Shown one piece after another: positions 29,901-38,443 of a stretch of DNA of 64,000 nucleotides. The translations under genes were made by a program, and so were the position numbers. The stretch covers positions 1-64,000 of the IMG/VR virus record IMGVR_UViG_3300045825_000261; one strand, 5' to 3'. Numbering within the stretch: the first letter of the stretch is position 1; each line of letters starts with the position of its first letter. Below the pieces are notes generated by a model. It was not told the origin of the DNA and did not search any database. It worked only from the letters and a program-made list of their open reading frames with translations. The stretch is from a virus.

Positions 29901-30409
29901 ACCTTATCGCTGCCAAACTTATGCAGCAACTTTGTCAGAATCAGAACGTGATCAGGGTGGTGAAACAGATTAAACATGTCGCCGGTAGAGATTGCAACGC
30001 CCTTCATATCCAGCACATCATTCAATCCAACTCGCGAATGGTAATAGAAGTGATCGGCGCGACCGCCAATAGACAACAACTTCATCAGAGAGTTGATGCC
30101 TGTCTCGTCAATCACGTAAGCCTTTAGAACATACGAATGATTGTCATTCGGCGCAATGCCAGATGCCTTTGAAGGCAAACGGTACAGTGGGTCATCATAG
30201 ACGCGAATTCTGCAACCGATGATGGGCTTAATGCCGGCCTTCTTTGCCTTGTTGCTGAAATCAACCAGCGCGTGAATGGACATCATGTCCACCAGCGCAA
30301 CGGATTCGTAGCCTAACTCTTTGGCGCGATCGACCAAGTGATCAATTTGAAGCAGCGACTCGCCAATAGAGAAATCGCTTCTTACCGCTAGTGCATTGTT
30401 TAAATTCAT
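26957..30409 (-). CDS. dnaE: DNA polymerase III alpha-like protein with C-terminal family-4 UDG-like domain
   Basis: PHP domain, GPGRGSVGGS, PDADLDF, KMDILGL, YGFNKSH; C-terminal CDGC...ELEIVKPAIIVALG. Confidence 0.95.
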   Translation of the reverse strand: MNLNNALAVRSDFSIGESLLQIDHLVDRAKELGYESVALVDMMSIHALVDFSNKAKKAGIKPIIGCRIRVYDDPLYRLPSKASGIAPNDNHSYVLKAYVIDETGINSLMKLLSIGGRADHFYYHSRVGLNDVLDMKGVAISTGDMFNLFHHPDHVLILTKLLHKFGSDKVFAELCPINTPLFDTLNEKAIKAAEYVGAPTLVTYPAMYRENDDADTLQVLNAITSNTQLSVTYRPKQYVKDFCLDAPTKILERVKLAHKRQVEWNDLNASKAWGDGVRNIEVLANMCNYKFEKKAPCLPKMSDNEFMTLGKKCLAGWKRRFTHPVLGYLPPAELMPRYKARLEYELSVLKKMGFSGYFLLVEDLVMWSKENSIIVGPGRGSVGGSLVAYLLGITDVDPIRFDLLFERFINPERLDLPDADLDFMSSKRHLVVEYLIEKYGADHVAGVSNYSTLASASALRDTGRVYGMSGIDLMATKLVPKDHGQTFTLTEAAAAVPELEKFRDTNPEIWGHALRLEGVMRSFGQHAAGIVVAGEPLVERAVVETRAESAVVNWDKRVVEDWGLIKMDILGLSTLDVLEIAKQYIKERHGIIVDYLKIPLEEKDVMDAFARGDTTGVFQFESPGMRKLLKSLAEGGDLTFEDISAATALYRPGPMDSGLMDDFVAIKQGYKSPYYDHPNMEAALGSTYSVIVYQEQVMQLSVDLAGFTGAEADHLRKAMGKKDREKMAEMRQKWIDGCLIKSGMEEEQAGNLFDKIEAFAGYGFNKSHSVEYSIISVWTMWVRCRYPAEYFAACMSIVKEDKLPGLVTDARSCGIEVLPPDINLSRDKFTIPDDKHILAPFSAVKGISENTALRIAELRERNRDWVVIRQKKKRDGTVEEVWGMDLESPVKGRFDTAREFELAALEQGSKVNATVVANLGLVGAYAAIEAGSKSARHFERRKDQTELMPGLIIDSVKSDRTTDVSDKFLRAKIISLVQEYKKCDGCSLASQPHPTIRLKSTVKFMVVSDCPSWQEERADKLLEGDSAAFVKAAIKNAGLSAGDGYYTTLVKAKKSDKFLTSEQLNGCRHYLEHELEIVKPAIIVALGSAAIKFFMPGMKGGTAELAGKVIYDPKLDASIVCGLNAQQLVFDPSKSEVLDSVFKRVAEMLE

Positions 30410-30442
30410 ATCTTCCTCTTATTCGCGATTGCAGAATTCATA

Positions 30443-31081
30443 TTACGACCTCAATTCAGGAGCAGCAACGATACGACCAGCGATTTCCTGCGCTATGCAA
30501 AAATCAAGCAGAATCGGTAAAGTGATAGATACATGAGAAGCTGCGGCGCTGTCGCCCATTTCGGTTTTGGTTAAAAATAACTCTTTCAATTCGCGTTTAT
30601 CAAAGCCTCCGTCAATCAGACCGTCAATCGCTACAGACATAAAACGTGGCCGTGAATTCGCTAGAGCGTTGCGCCCCTCCTGAATACCTTCTTTTATCTT
30701 TTCAATCAGACCTTGATTACACAGATTGCGAGCCTGCTCTCGCGGCTTAATCTTCATCTTCGCAAGAATCAATTCATGCTCGACCGGAATCGAAAACTTC
30801 ACAACCTCAACGCCAGTCACGCGCTCTACCGGCTGAGTAATCTTCGCCTCAACTTTTGAGGCGAGCTCCTCAGCCGTCATACGACGAGCCATTTTTCGCT
30901 TTGCGTCGTCATGCCGCTTCAGCAAGTCAGTCACATTAACAAGCCCTCTTATTGACTCAAGCGTCTTCAGAGACTCGTCAGAGCACGCCTCAAAATGAGA
31001 GCATGTCTTGCAAATGTCAGAATCGTGCGAAAACACACTTGCTGCGCCATAACATCCCGGAACACCTTTGGCTTCACTCAC
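30443..31081 (-). CDS. hypothetical protein with N-terminal Cys cluster
   Basis: GCYG...CKTC..C. Confidence 0.7.
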   Translation of the reverse strand: MSEAKGVPGCYGAASVFSHDSDICKTCSHFEACSDESLKTLESIRGLVNVTDLLKRHDDAKRKMARRMTAEELASKVEAKITQPVERVTGVEVVKFSIPVEHELILAKMKIKPREQARNLCNQGLIEKIKEGIQEGRNALANSRPRFMSVAIDGLIDGGFDKRELKELFLTKTEMGDSAAASHVSITLPILLDFCIAQEIAGRIVAAPELRS

Positions 31082-31737
31082 TTGATTCCCCTTATCGCAG
31101 ATTTTTTTAACTCAAACCTTGCCTTACTTACCGACGCTTCGCTGACTCCAAGCAAAACAAGAAAATTACAAATAAAACTCATATCAATTGTCTGTCTTGC
31201 TCTTTTTTGCTGTCCGGCTTGTCGAGTCAACCCAACATGAGCAACGCAAGCCTCAAATTCGCGCTCAAGCTCTTTGGGCGGGTCAATTAGCCAACGCGCA
31301 ATCAATGAAGCGAGAGGCGATAGGTTAGAAAGCATCCTACTCAACGACTGAGAAGTGGAAAGCTCACTCTCTGGCGTTTGACGAGAGCATGTTAAAATAT
31401 CAAAGTCATCAATATCTGTGCCTGTTGCGCTACTATACCGATGTGCCATTTCTTCAACAGACCTGACTCCATTATCGACTCGTTCCTCCTTTACCTTCTC
31501 GGCGATTTTGTTGATCTGGTTGTAGGCTGCGCGAGTGTAGTAACTTGAAAACTTATACCCACACTCTTCAGAAAACCCATCAAACGCCTTTACAAAAACA
31601 ACGCTTAACTCCTGCACAAGATCGTCATAGTCTACCGGCGCACCCATCGCAACAAGTCGCCCATAACCTTTTCTCGCCGCGTAATGCACGAGCCCCACAT
31701 GAGTGGTGTAGTATTTGTTTAACTCATTGCGGTCCAT
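31078..31737 (-). CDS. sigma-70-family RNA polymerase sigma factor-like protein
   Basis: region 2: GLVHYAARK..DDLVQE..VKAFDGF..KFSSY. Confidence 0.75.
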   Translation of the reverse strand: MDRNELNKYYTTHVGLVHYAARKGYGRLVAMGAPVDYDDLVQELSVVFVKAFDGFSEECGYKFSSYYTRAAYNQINKIAEKVKEERVDNGVRSVEEMAHRYSSATGTDIDDFDILTCSRQTPESELSTSQSLSRMLSNLSPLASLIARWLIDPPKELEREFEACVAHVGLTRQAGQQKRARQTIDMSFICNFLVLLGVSEASVSKARFELKKSAIRGIK

Positions 31738-31741
31738 GAGA

Positions 31742-32929
31742 TTAACCAAATATTCTCTGAGCGAGGCCATCAATTACTTCGCGATCCACGCGAGATAGCT
31801 TATTGATAAACGATAGCGTCAGACCTTGACGGAACGAGCCACGCTTAACACCGATCTTGGCCGCGTAAATCAAGGTGCGTGGCGAAATAACGTCACTGAC
31901 CTTTGCGCCGTCATACGCATCACGAACAAGCCCTGCGAACTCAACCATCTTGTCAGCGTCCTCTTTAACCAGACCAACGTGATTTTGAAGAATTTGCGAC
32001 TCAGCCTTCTTGTTCATGTACTGCTTGTTCACAACCATGCCGAAGCGGTCGTAGTTGGCGCTGTTACCGATAACCGTACCTTGATACAGACCAGTTTCGT
32101 CACCGGAGCCATTTGTGTTACCTGTAGCAACGAAGCGAAAGTTCGGGTGAGGCTTGATAATGCGCATCGTTACAGGTGCTTCCTTGATGACCAGCGGCTT
32201 ACCTTCGAGCACGGCTTGATAGACCGAACTTACAGAAGGCAGCATGAAGTCATATTCATCAGCGCAGTACGTCCAGCCGTTGATCATCGCAAGAGGCAAT
32301 TGACCGTATTCAAATACAGTGTGACCATCTTTCACCGTCCACTGACCGACAATGTGGCTCTCTTCAGTGTTCACGGTATGCTGAACGCGAACGTATGGGC
32401 GACCAGTGCGTGCCGCTACCTGCTCATGCAGTTCTGATTTACCAGCGCCCTTGTGACCCCAGACGTAGCAAGGAATATTCAGTTCTTGCGCCAAGATCAC
32501 GTTTTTCAATTCGTCAATATCGAAGACGTAATTGTCAGATATGTCCGGTACAAAATCCTGACACGAGCTATTGACCAGAACGCCGATGGGTATCGCTTCG
32601 CCTTTTGCAGACATTGCAGACTTAACCTTGCCAAGACCAAAAACTTCGTGAAATGCCTTTTTAATGATCGAGTCTTTGGGCGCGACAGTTGCGGAGGTCG
32701 CCATTTCAAATTTCAAACCAGAGGCTTCAGCCGGTGCTGCCGCTGCGGCACGCTTTTCTGCACGCTTTTCTGCAAGCTTTGTCTGAGCAAATTCAGACAT
32801 GAGCGGAGCTTCTGGGAATTTAGCCACGTACTGCTCGGTGGTCATTTCGGGGTGATCCTTCTTCAAGTGCAGTTGAACTGAGTGAATTTGAGCTCCGCAA
32901 ATTGCGCAAGTGATTTTGTCTGTTGACAT
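31742..32929 (-). CDS. CobS/MoxR-like AAA+ ATPase with N-terminal zinc finger
   Basis: CAIC..HLKKDH, GHKGAGKS, ADEYD, ATGNT, DRF. Confidence 0.9.
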   Translation of the reverse strand: MSTDKITCAICGAQIHSVQLHLKKDHPEMTTEQYVAKFPEAPLMSEFAQTKLAEKRAEKRAAAAAPAEASGLKFEMATSATVAPKDSIIKKAFHEVFGLGKVKSAMSAKGEAIPIGVLVNSSCQDFVPDISDNYVFDIDELKNVILAQELNIPCYVWGHKGAGKSELHEQVAARTGRPYVRVQHTVNTEESHIVGQWTVKDGHTVFEYGQLPLAMINGWTYCADEYDFMLPSVSSVYQAVLEGKPLVIKEAPVTMRIIKPHPNFRFVATGNTNGSGDETGLYQGTVIGNSANYDRFGMVVNKQYMNKKAESQILQNHVGLVKEDADKMVEFAGLVRDAYDGAKVSDVISPRTLIYAAKIGVKRGSFRQGLTLSFINKLSRVDREVIDGLAQRIFG

Positions 32930-33041
32930 ATAAGTCTCCTAAAATTTGATTCAGTGCAGCAACATTGCTGCGACAGAAGAATAATAATCATTTCTGTCAG
33001 GATAGACAAGTCACTTGTGACTTATCCTGACGGTTATCCAA

Positions 33042-34988
33042 TTAAGCTACCAGCAAGTGACGCAATTCCTTGATAACCTGATTTGGCAACTCGGTCACGT
33101 CATTTATAACCAAGTTCTTTGGGTAGAACTTGCGAACTGACTCATCCATGATGCCAATACCGACAACCTTCACTCCTGACTTAGTTACCTCGGCAACAAC
33201 CTTAGTCAAGTGCGTCCGCATTGCGCAACTATCGCCGTAAGCACTTGGTGAGCCGTCCGACAGTACGATCATCACCTTGCCTGTTTCGCGCCTTACCTTG
33301 AGACGATGAGCGGCGACCTCGACACATTCGCCGTCCACGTTGTTTCGTAAAATGCTTGAGTTAGGCAACCAACCAAAGCGGTCACGAACTGGTGCGGTTA
33401 GGCGCTCATCGAAAGACTTCAGTATCGGCATATACAATGGCTCGCTTCGCGAAAAATTGCGCCCAAGCTTTTTAACCTCCGCCTCAATAGCGTATCTGTC
33501 TTCAGAGCTACCGCCGGTCGTGAAGCAGATCACCTCATGCTTGATGCCAATACGTTCGAGAACCTGCGACAGCGCATAGGCCGCCTGTGTCGCCAGATGA
33601 ATTTTCGCACCAGCCATCGAACCAGACGCATCAATAACCAAAGACACCGCCACGTCCTTGCTGTTCGCTTCGTGCTTTTTGCGAAACACACGATCGTCGC
33701 CACAAGCTAAACGAGAAAGGTTAGCGGCGTGCATACGGCCGGAACGACGACCGTTTTCCCACTGAGACAAAGAACGGGCAGCTATGGCGCGTTCAAGGTC
33801 TTTTTGCAGTGGCCCAACCATGTGATCAACCTTATCTGCCAAGCTAACAAACATTTCAGGGCGGTAGTCTCTACCAACCTTCAGAGGCTCAACAACATCG
33901 TCGTCCTTTGTAAAAACAAGGTAATCAGACTCTTTAGCCATACCAAGAGCGGAGTCAGAGATTACGACCGACATTGCCTCGTCAAAGCCGTTTGCAGAAT
34001 CTTTATCAACCGCAGCCATGATTGCCGACGTGTCGCCAAGCTCAACTTCTTTATCGGAAGAGTCGCTTTCAGTCTCGTCTTCGGCGTCACCTTCAGAACC
34101 GCCTTCTTCAGAATCATCTTCGCCTTCTTCAGAATCATCTTCGCCACTCTCTGACTTTTCTGATTTTTCACCTTCATCAGACTCGCCTTCGTCTTTACTT
34201 TCCTCGTCAGACTCGCCTTCCTTTTCTTCAGATTTGGCTTTAGACTCTGGTGCTTTACCTTTACTCTTGGTCGATTTTTTAGACTTCGATTCGCCTTCAC
34301 CTTCGTCACCAGCGCCATCTTCATTCTTGTCTTCCGACTTTTTATCACTCTTATCGCCACTGCGAAGGCGCTTTTCAATTTCTTGCGCAAGCGCAAAACA
34401 CTCTTCGGTAGACGAGGCGCGTTCTATTTGCGATTCCAAATCTTTGATTTTTTCATAAATCGGCTTTACGCTTTCCATCTTGTCACGCATGAACTCTTTG
34501 AAGAGCCACTGACCAGACATTGCGCGAAGCAGCGGAACAAGCAGTACGCCGACTAGCTTATTCATATCGCCCTCTTCCATCGCCTCTTTCATTTTCGGTA
34601 CGGTGAACTTGTCCAAAAAGAACTTACCAGTGACAGACAGGTTACTTGCGCATCCGGCGAACTTCTTACCCATGCACTTTTCAACACGAGGGTCTTCAAG
34701 AGCATTCAGCATTTTTCCACAACCTGCCTTGTTTGCCTTTTGCATGACTGAAAAATCGCTAAACATAATGTGAGCAACTTCGTGATCCAAGAAGCCTTGA
34801 ATCGCATAACACAATTCGTCAGTTGCGTTATCTGGTAAATATGGAAGGTTGACCAGAATTGGTCGACCCATATGATCACCTCTAACGTAAGCGGTAACTC
34901 CTCGCTGAGTTACCTTAATGCCCTTGCCGGACAGCATTTGTGTGATTTTCACTACCGCATCGCGGAGGACTAATACTCTATCGCTCAT
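33042..34988 (-). CDS. CobT-like protein: HExxH domain, acidic linker, vWA domain
   Basis: HEVAH, DASGS MIDAS motif, VLSDG. Confidence 0.9.
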   Translation of the reverse strand: MSDRVLVLRDAVVKITQMLSGKGIKVTQRGVTAYVRGDHMGRPILVNLPYLPDNATDELCYAIQGFLDHEVAHIMFSDFSVMQKANKAGCGKMLNALEDPRVEKCMGKKFAGCASNLSVTGKFFLDKFTVPKMKEAMEEGDMNKLVGVLLVPLLRAMSGQWLFKEFMRDKMESVKPIYEKIKDLESQIERASSTEECFALAQEIEKRLRSGDKSDKKSEDKNEDGAGDEGEGESKSKKSTKSKGKAPESKAKSEEKEGESDEESKDEGESDEGEKSEKSESGEDDSEEGEDDSEEGGSEGDAEDETESDSSDKEVELGDTSAIMAAVDKDSANGFDEAMSVVISDSALGMAKESDYLVFTKDDDVVEPLKVGRDYRPEMFVSLADKVDHMVGPLQKDLERAIAARSLSQWENGRRSGRMHAANLSRLACGDDRVFRKKHEANSKDVAVSLVIDASGSMAGAKIHLATQAAYALSQVLERIGIKHEVICFTTGGSSEDRYAIEAEVKKLGRNFSRSEPLYMPILKSFDERLTAPVRDRFGWLPNSSILRNNVDGECVEVAAHRLKVRRETGKVMIVLSDGSPSAYGDSCAMRTHLTKVVAEVTKSGVKVVGIGIMDESVRKFYPKNLVINDVTELPNQVIKELRHLLVA

Positions 34989-35121
34989 TCTCTTCCCCTT
35001 TAAGTCACTATTGACTGAACAATTACATGATACTCAGACAGGTCAGGAAGAGCAAACAACTTTTTAATTGCCCAAGGTGAGAGTATCGAGACTTTGCAAC
35101 ATTCTCACCCTGGAAACGAGG

Positions 35122-35307
35122 TTACTGGATTACCGCCGCCCTGCCACATGCGGTATTAACAATGGAAAAAACTTCGCCATTTTCATCTTTAACTATATGA
35201 ATCAAGGCTGAACCAATATCTATACTTGAAATTGTTTCGGTTGTCTCAACTATACGGCAATAATTTTCCAAACTAATCTCATCAACTGCGAGCTTTTCGT
35301 AACTCAT
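35122..35307 (-). CDS. small hypothetical protein divergent from the repressor
   Basis: AAGGAG RBS. Confidence 0.6.
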   Translation of the reverse strand: MSYEKLAVDEISLENYCRIVETTETISSIDIGSALIHIVKDENGEVFSIVNTACGRAAVIQ

Positions 35308-35623
35308 AACATCTCCTTATATAAATATACACAAACATCAAAACGAATCAATCTTACACTAAACTTACATATAATCACAGTAATTATAGTCATTTTTTAC
35401 TTACTTTTTTCAATATTTTTAAACAAACCATACACAAACAAGAAAAGGCTCACAACTCATAAGAAACTACCTATACATAAATAAGAAAAGTACGATTGGG
35501 AAAATTAATATATTATTTTTTAAAAAACTACTTCACCACTAGGTTATTTTTTCTATAATACGCTTAAGTAAGCAATATGTTGCTAACCCACAAAATTACG
35601 ACTAATTAAGTCAATAGGAGAAA
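35308..35623. promoter_or_regulatory. AT-rich divergent control region
   Basis: AT-rich; TATAAT at 35554; degenerate palindrome at 35388. Confidence 0.6.
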
Positions 35624-36070
35624 ATGATGGTTGAAAAAACTGTTAATACGAAGCACTCTAATAACATTACAAAGAAAACAAGATCGGTAGCAGAGTATAT
35701 CTCTTGGCAAATTGCGCTTTGCGGAAAGCCGCAGTTGGACATAGCGGTAGAAGCCGGTTTCGAGAAACCGAACATCGTAACGATGATCAAGCAGGGCAAG
35801 ACAAAACTACCACTGGGCAAAATAGGCAAGTTCGCAAAGGCCATCGAGGTTGATCCAATGCACTTGCTCAAACTTTGCATGTCGGAATACTGGCCCGACA
35901 CATGGAATGAAATAGAAAGCATCTCAAAACAACCCGTACTTACCAACAACGAAATTAGCATTATTATGGAGATTCGCGAGTGTGGGGCGGGCAATCCCAA
36001 GATCAGCACAGATGAAGACAGAGAGCGTTTGGCTGTATTCGTAAGTACACTCAAAACAGACAATCAATAA
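35624..36070 (+). CDS. XRE/HTH transcriptional regulator (candidate repressor)
   Basis: QLDIAVEAGFEKPNIVTMIKQGKTKLP HTH; one of only two credible plus-strand genes. Confidence 0.8.
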   Translation: MMVEKTVNTKHSNNITKKTRSVAEYISWQIALCGKPQLDIAVEAGFEKPNIVTMIKQGKTKLPLGKIGKFAKAIEVDPMHLLKLCMSEYWPDTWNEIESISKQPVLTNNEISIIMEIRECGAGNPKISTDEDRERLAVFVSTLKTDNQ

Positions 36071-36120
36071 TTCAATGGCGGAAAAATGATAGGGCGCTCA
36101 CTGTAGCGCTCTATTTTGGC

Positions 36121-36150
36121 TTGCAAAAGTAAGTCATAACTGACTATAAT
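36121..36150 (+). promoter_or_regulatory. xis promoter with the palindrome in its spacer
   Basis: TTGCAA-18-TATAAT containing TAAGTCATAACTGAC. Confidence 0.7.
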
Positions 36151-36180
36151 TTCGCCTGTTGAAACTTTGCAAGCGTTGCT

Positions 36181-36471
36181 ATGAAAACATTTGACGTTGC
36201 CGCATGTGCGGACTTCCTTAAAATTCACCGAACCACAGTCCTAAAGCTTGTGGCGTCTGGCGACCTTCCAGGCGCAAAGATAGGCCGCGCCTGGGTCTTT
36301 CTTGAAACAGACTTAATCGACTATATACGCAACGCCATTCGCTCACAGAGTCACGTCACAACTAAGCCACAAGTGACTGAAGCTATGCGAGCAGAGCCAA
36401 TAGGTCGTAAGCGAAAGGTTGCGCCAGACCTCTCTGCATACACGTCACCACATCTTTCGCGCCAAATCTGA
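36181..36471 (+). CDS. xis: excisionase (HTH_17/MerR-like)
   Basis: FDVAACADFLKIHRTTV..GDLPGAKIGRAW; adjacent to the integrase. Confidence 0.85.
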   Translation: MKTFDVAACADFLKIHRTTVLKLVASGDLPGAKIGRAWVFLETDLIDYIRNAIRSQSHVTTKPQVTEAMRAEPIGRKRKVAPDLSAYTSPHLSRQI

Positions 36472-37620
36472 CGCCCTAAGATTTGCATAGCGACCCAACA
36501 TTTGAGTGCTGCTGTGTCCGGTGATCTTCATAATCTCAAAGTCCGACATTTCCGTTCTCTCGAAAAGTCTACTGGTCGCCTCGTGGCGCATGTCGTGAAA
36601 GTTTAAATCAACACAGCCGGCCGCCTCAAAGATTCTGGTGAACTGGTGCGACAGTGCCGATGTAACTTTCTCATATCGCTCCTTTGGCAAAAGCATAGCG
36701 ATCTTCTTCTCAGCGAGCCATGGGAATAGATACCCACCGTCAAACGTAAACAACTCCATTCCTCTTCGCTTTGCAAGAACGTGCTCCGTATAGGTAATCA
36801 GGCTCGCGATGGCAACAGACGACAGCGGCACCTGTCTGCTTTTGCCATTTTTGGTTTTTTTAAGAAAGATTGTCGCATTCTCAATGTCCACCATGTCCAT
36901 TTCAATTGAATAGATTTCACTGAGCCGCATTGCTGATTCAACAGCAAGATCAAACACGCACTCGATAGCCGCTTGGTAATCAAGCTTAAACGCCCTTTCT
37001 CGGCCCTCTGGCTTAACCTTGTTCATCACCGCCCTAATTCGCTCTTCCTCACCAGACTCAAGGCGTCTGATGCGCCCTGCGCTGTGCTTAACCTCCAACG
37101 TGTCATCTTTAGCAATGACGGCCGCATCTGCTGGCGTATAGGCGGAATACCCCTTCGGCAACAGTCTGAGAGGGTTTGGAGCAAGCTCCGCAACACCCTG
37201 CGTTATTGCCCAGTCAAAACACCGAGCAAGCGCACCGACATTATGTCTGATTGTGGATGGGGACAAATTAGCCACGCGCTTCATCGAGCTTATCCATGAC
37301 TCGATCCACTTGTAGTTGACGAGTCTTATACTTACACCGCCAACCTTATTAAGCAAACCACTCAGGTAATCAGTATCGCAGGACGTGACGTGACGCTCGC
37401 GCATATATTCACGAATAAGATCGCCAATTGAAGAATACTTCTTCACATCGTCAAGAAGCTCTGGTGGCACGATACCGGCATCGAGCAACGACTCGACATG
37501 TTTGCCGTAAGCGATCGCAGCCTCTTCCGTATCGAATGTCCAATACCACGGCTTTTCTCTTACTGCTTTTCTTTTCACGGTCAACTCAAAGCGACCGCCT
37601 CTTGGCTTAATTGACGCCAT
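36445..37620 (-). CDS. int: tyrosine integrase
   Basis: SAMRLSE, KTKNG, HDMRH, TGH, RYA catalytic set. Confidence 0.95.
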   Translation of the reverse strand: MASIKPRGGRFELTVKRKAVREKPWYWTFDTEEAAIAYGKHVESLLDAGIVPPELLDDVKKYSSIGDLIREYMRERHVTSCDTDYLSGLLNKVGGVSIRLVNYKWIESWISSMKRVANLSPSTIRHNVGALARCFDWAITQGVAELAPNPLRLLPKGYSAYTPADAAVIAKDDTLEVKHSAGRIRRLESGEEERIRAVMNKVKPEGRERAFKLDYQAAIECVFDLAVESAMRLSEIYSIEMDMVDIENATIFLKKTKNGKSRQVPLSSVAIASLITYTEHVLAKRRGMELFTFDGGYLFPWLAEKKIAMLLPKERYEKVTSALSHQFTRIFEAAGCVDLNFHDMRHEATSRLFERTEMSDFEIMKITGHSSTQMLGRYANLRASDLARKMW

Positions 37621-37687
37621 AACGACTCCCGTTCGCCCACATGGGCTGATTATTGTAACTCACGTCCTTGCACAAAAGTATGGTTAG

Positions 37688-37901
37688 TCGGTAGGTTCTG
37701 CCTACCGAGCAGCCGACTTGATGCGACTTTTGGCGACTTTAGACGATAATGGGCAAATAAAAAGCCGCCCGAAGGTGGCTTAACTTGTTGATTTTGTGGT
37801 GCATTTTGTTTTTTACTTCAGATGGTGAGTGGATTTGCAATCCGTCCGGTTATCTTTAGAATCAGTAACTTACAAGCTTCGCCTACTAACTTGCCTACCG
37901 A
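37688..37901. other. attP site targeting the tRNA-Cys anticodon loop
   Basis: core CGGATTGCAAATCC (minus strand, 37831-37844); IHF-like sites at 37781-37793 and 37860-37872; CCTACCGA arm repeats; CGACTT repeats at a 10-bp period. Confidence 0.8.
37759..37782 (-). terminator. terminator hairpin inside attP
   Basis: AAGCCGCC-CGAA-GGTGGCTT with A-run. Confidence 0.65.
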
Positions 37902-37905
37902 TATT

Positions 37906-37979
37906 TGGAGGTGCGTCCCAGAGTCGAACTGGGCTAACGTGATTTGCAATCACGGGCATAACCGATTTGCTAACGCACC
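37906..37979 (-). tRNA. tRNA-Cys (GCA)
   Basis: GGTGCGT acceptor stem, anticodon arm CGTGA-TTGCAAA-TCACG, GTTCGAC T-loop, U73 and encoded CCA. Confidence 0.95.
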
Positions 37980-38004
37980 ACAAACCAACGGACAGCATAG
38001 TACC

Positions 38005-38418
38005 TTATACAGTGATCTTCGTCCACTGCTCTTCCCAAGAGCTCGCCTCAACATCTTCGTCTATCCAGATCAAGCGATCACAGGCAACATCAAGCTCGCA
38101 CCACAATAATCCAAAAACCTGACTAATCATCCACTCAAGATCAAACAACTGCTGTGGCTTACCGCCAATCTCGATCCAGAACACGTACTTGCAGGCTATA
38201 TGTACAGGTTGAGATTTTAAAATATGCACCGCATACTCCGATAGCTCACCATTAACAACCATAGACCTCGCATCACTCCACGTCAGAGAGATAACGCTAT
38301 CGGGGTACATAGATGTGTCCAATCCAAATAAAACTGCGGCAGGACAAGGGCGAGGCAACTTCTCAAAGCCGCGACGCAACTGTCCTGCCGTCATTCTTGC
38401 GTAATTGTGTCCAGTCAT
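38005..38418 (-). CDS. hypothetical protein
   Basis: GGAGG RBS before MTGHN. Confidence 0.65.
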   Translation of the reverse strand: MTGHNYARMTAGQLRRGFEKLPRPCPAAVLFGLDTSMYPDSVISLTWSDARSMVVNGELSEYAVHILKSQPVHIACKYVFWIEIGGKPQQLFDLEWMISQVFGLLWCELDVACDRLIWIDEDVEASSWEEQWTKITV

Positions 38419-38443
38419 ACTTCCTCCTGGACACAAGTATAGC

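Noticed and set aside
34100-34146. 21-bp repeat in the CobT-like gene
   Set aside because: Ordinary acidic-linker expansion (EDDSEEG x2).
31742-34988. Cobalamin biosynthesis (cobS/cobT) auxiliary genes
   Set aside because: No CobN or other cob genes; phage homologues are general AAA+/vWA pairs.
36445-36465. Integrase C-terminal W as a member of the tag family
   Set aside because: LARKMW directly follows the catalytic helix with no linker; likely coincidental.
37824-37850. Second tRNA-Cys gene
   Set aside because: Only the anticodon arm is present, with no D-arm, T-arm or acceptor stem; interpreted as the attP core.
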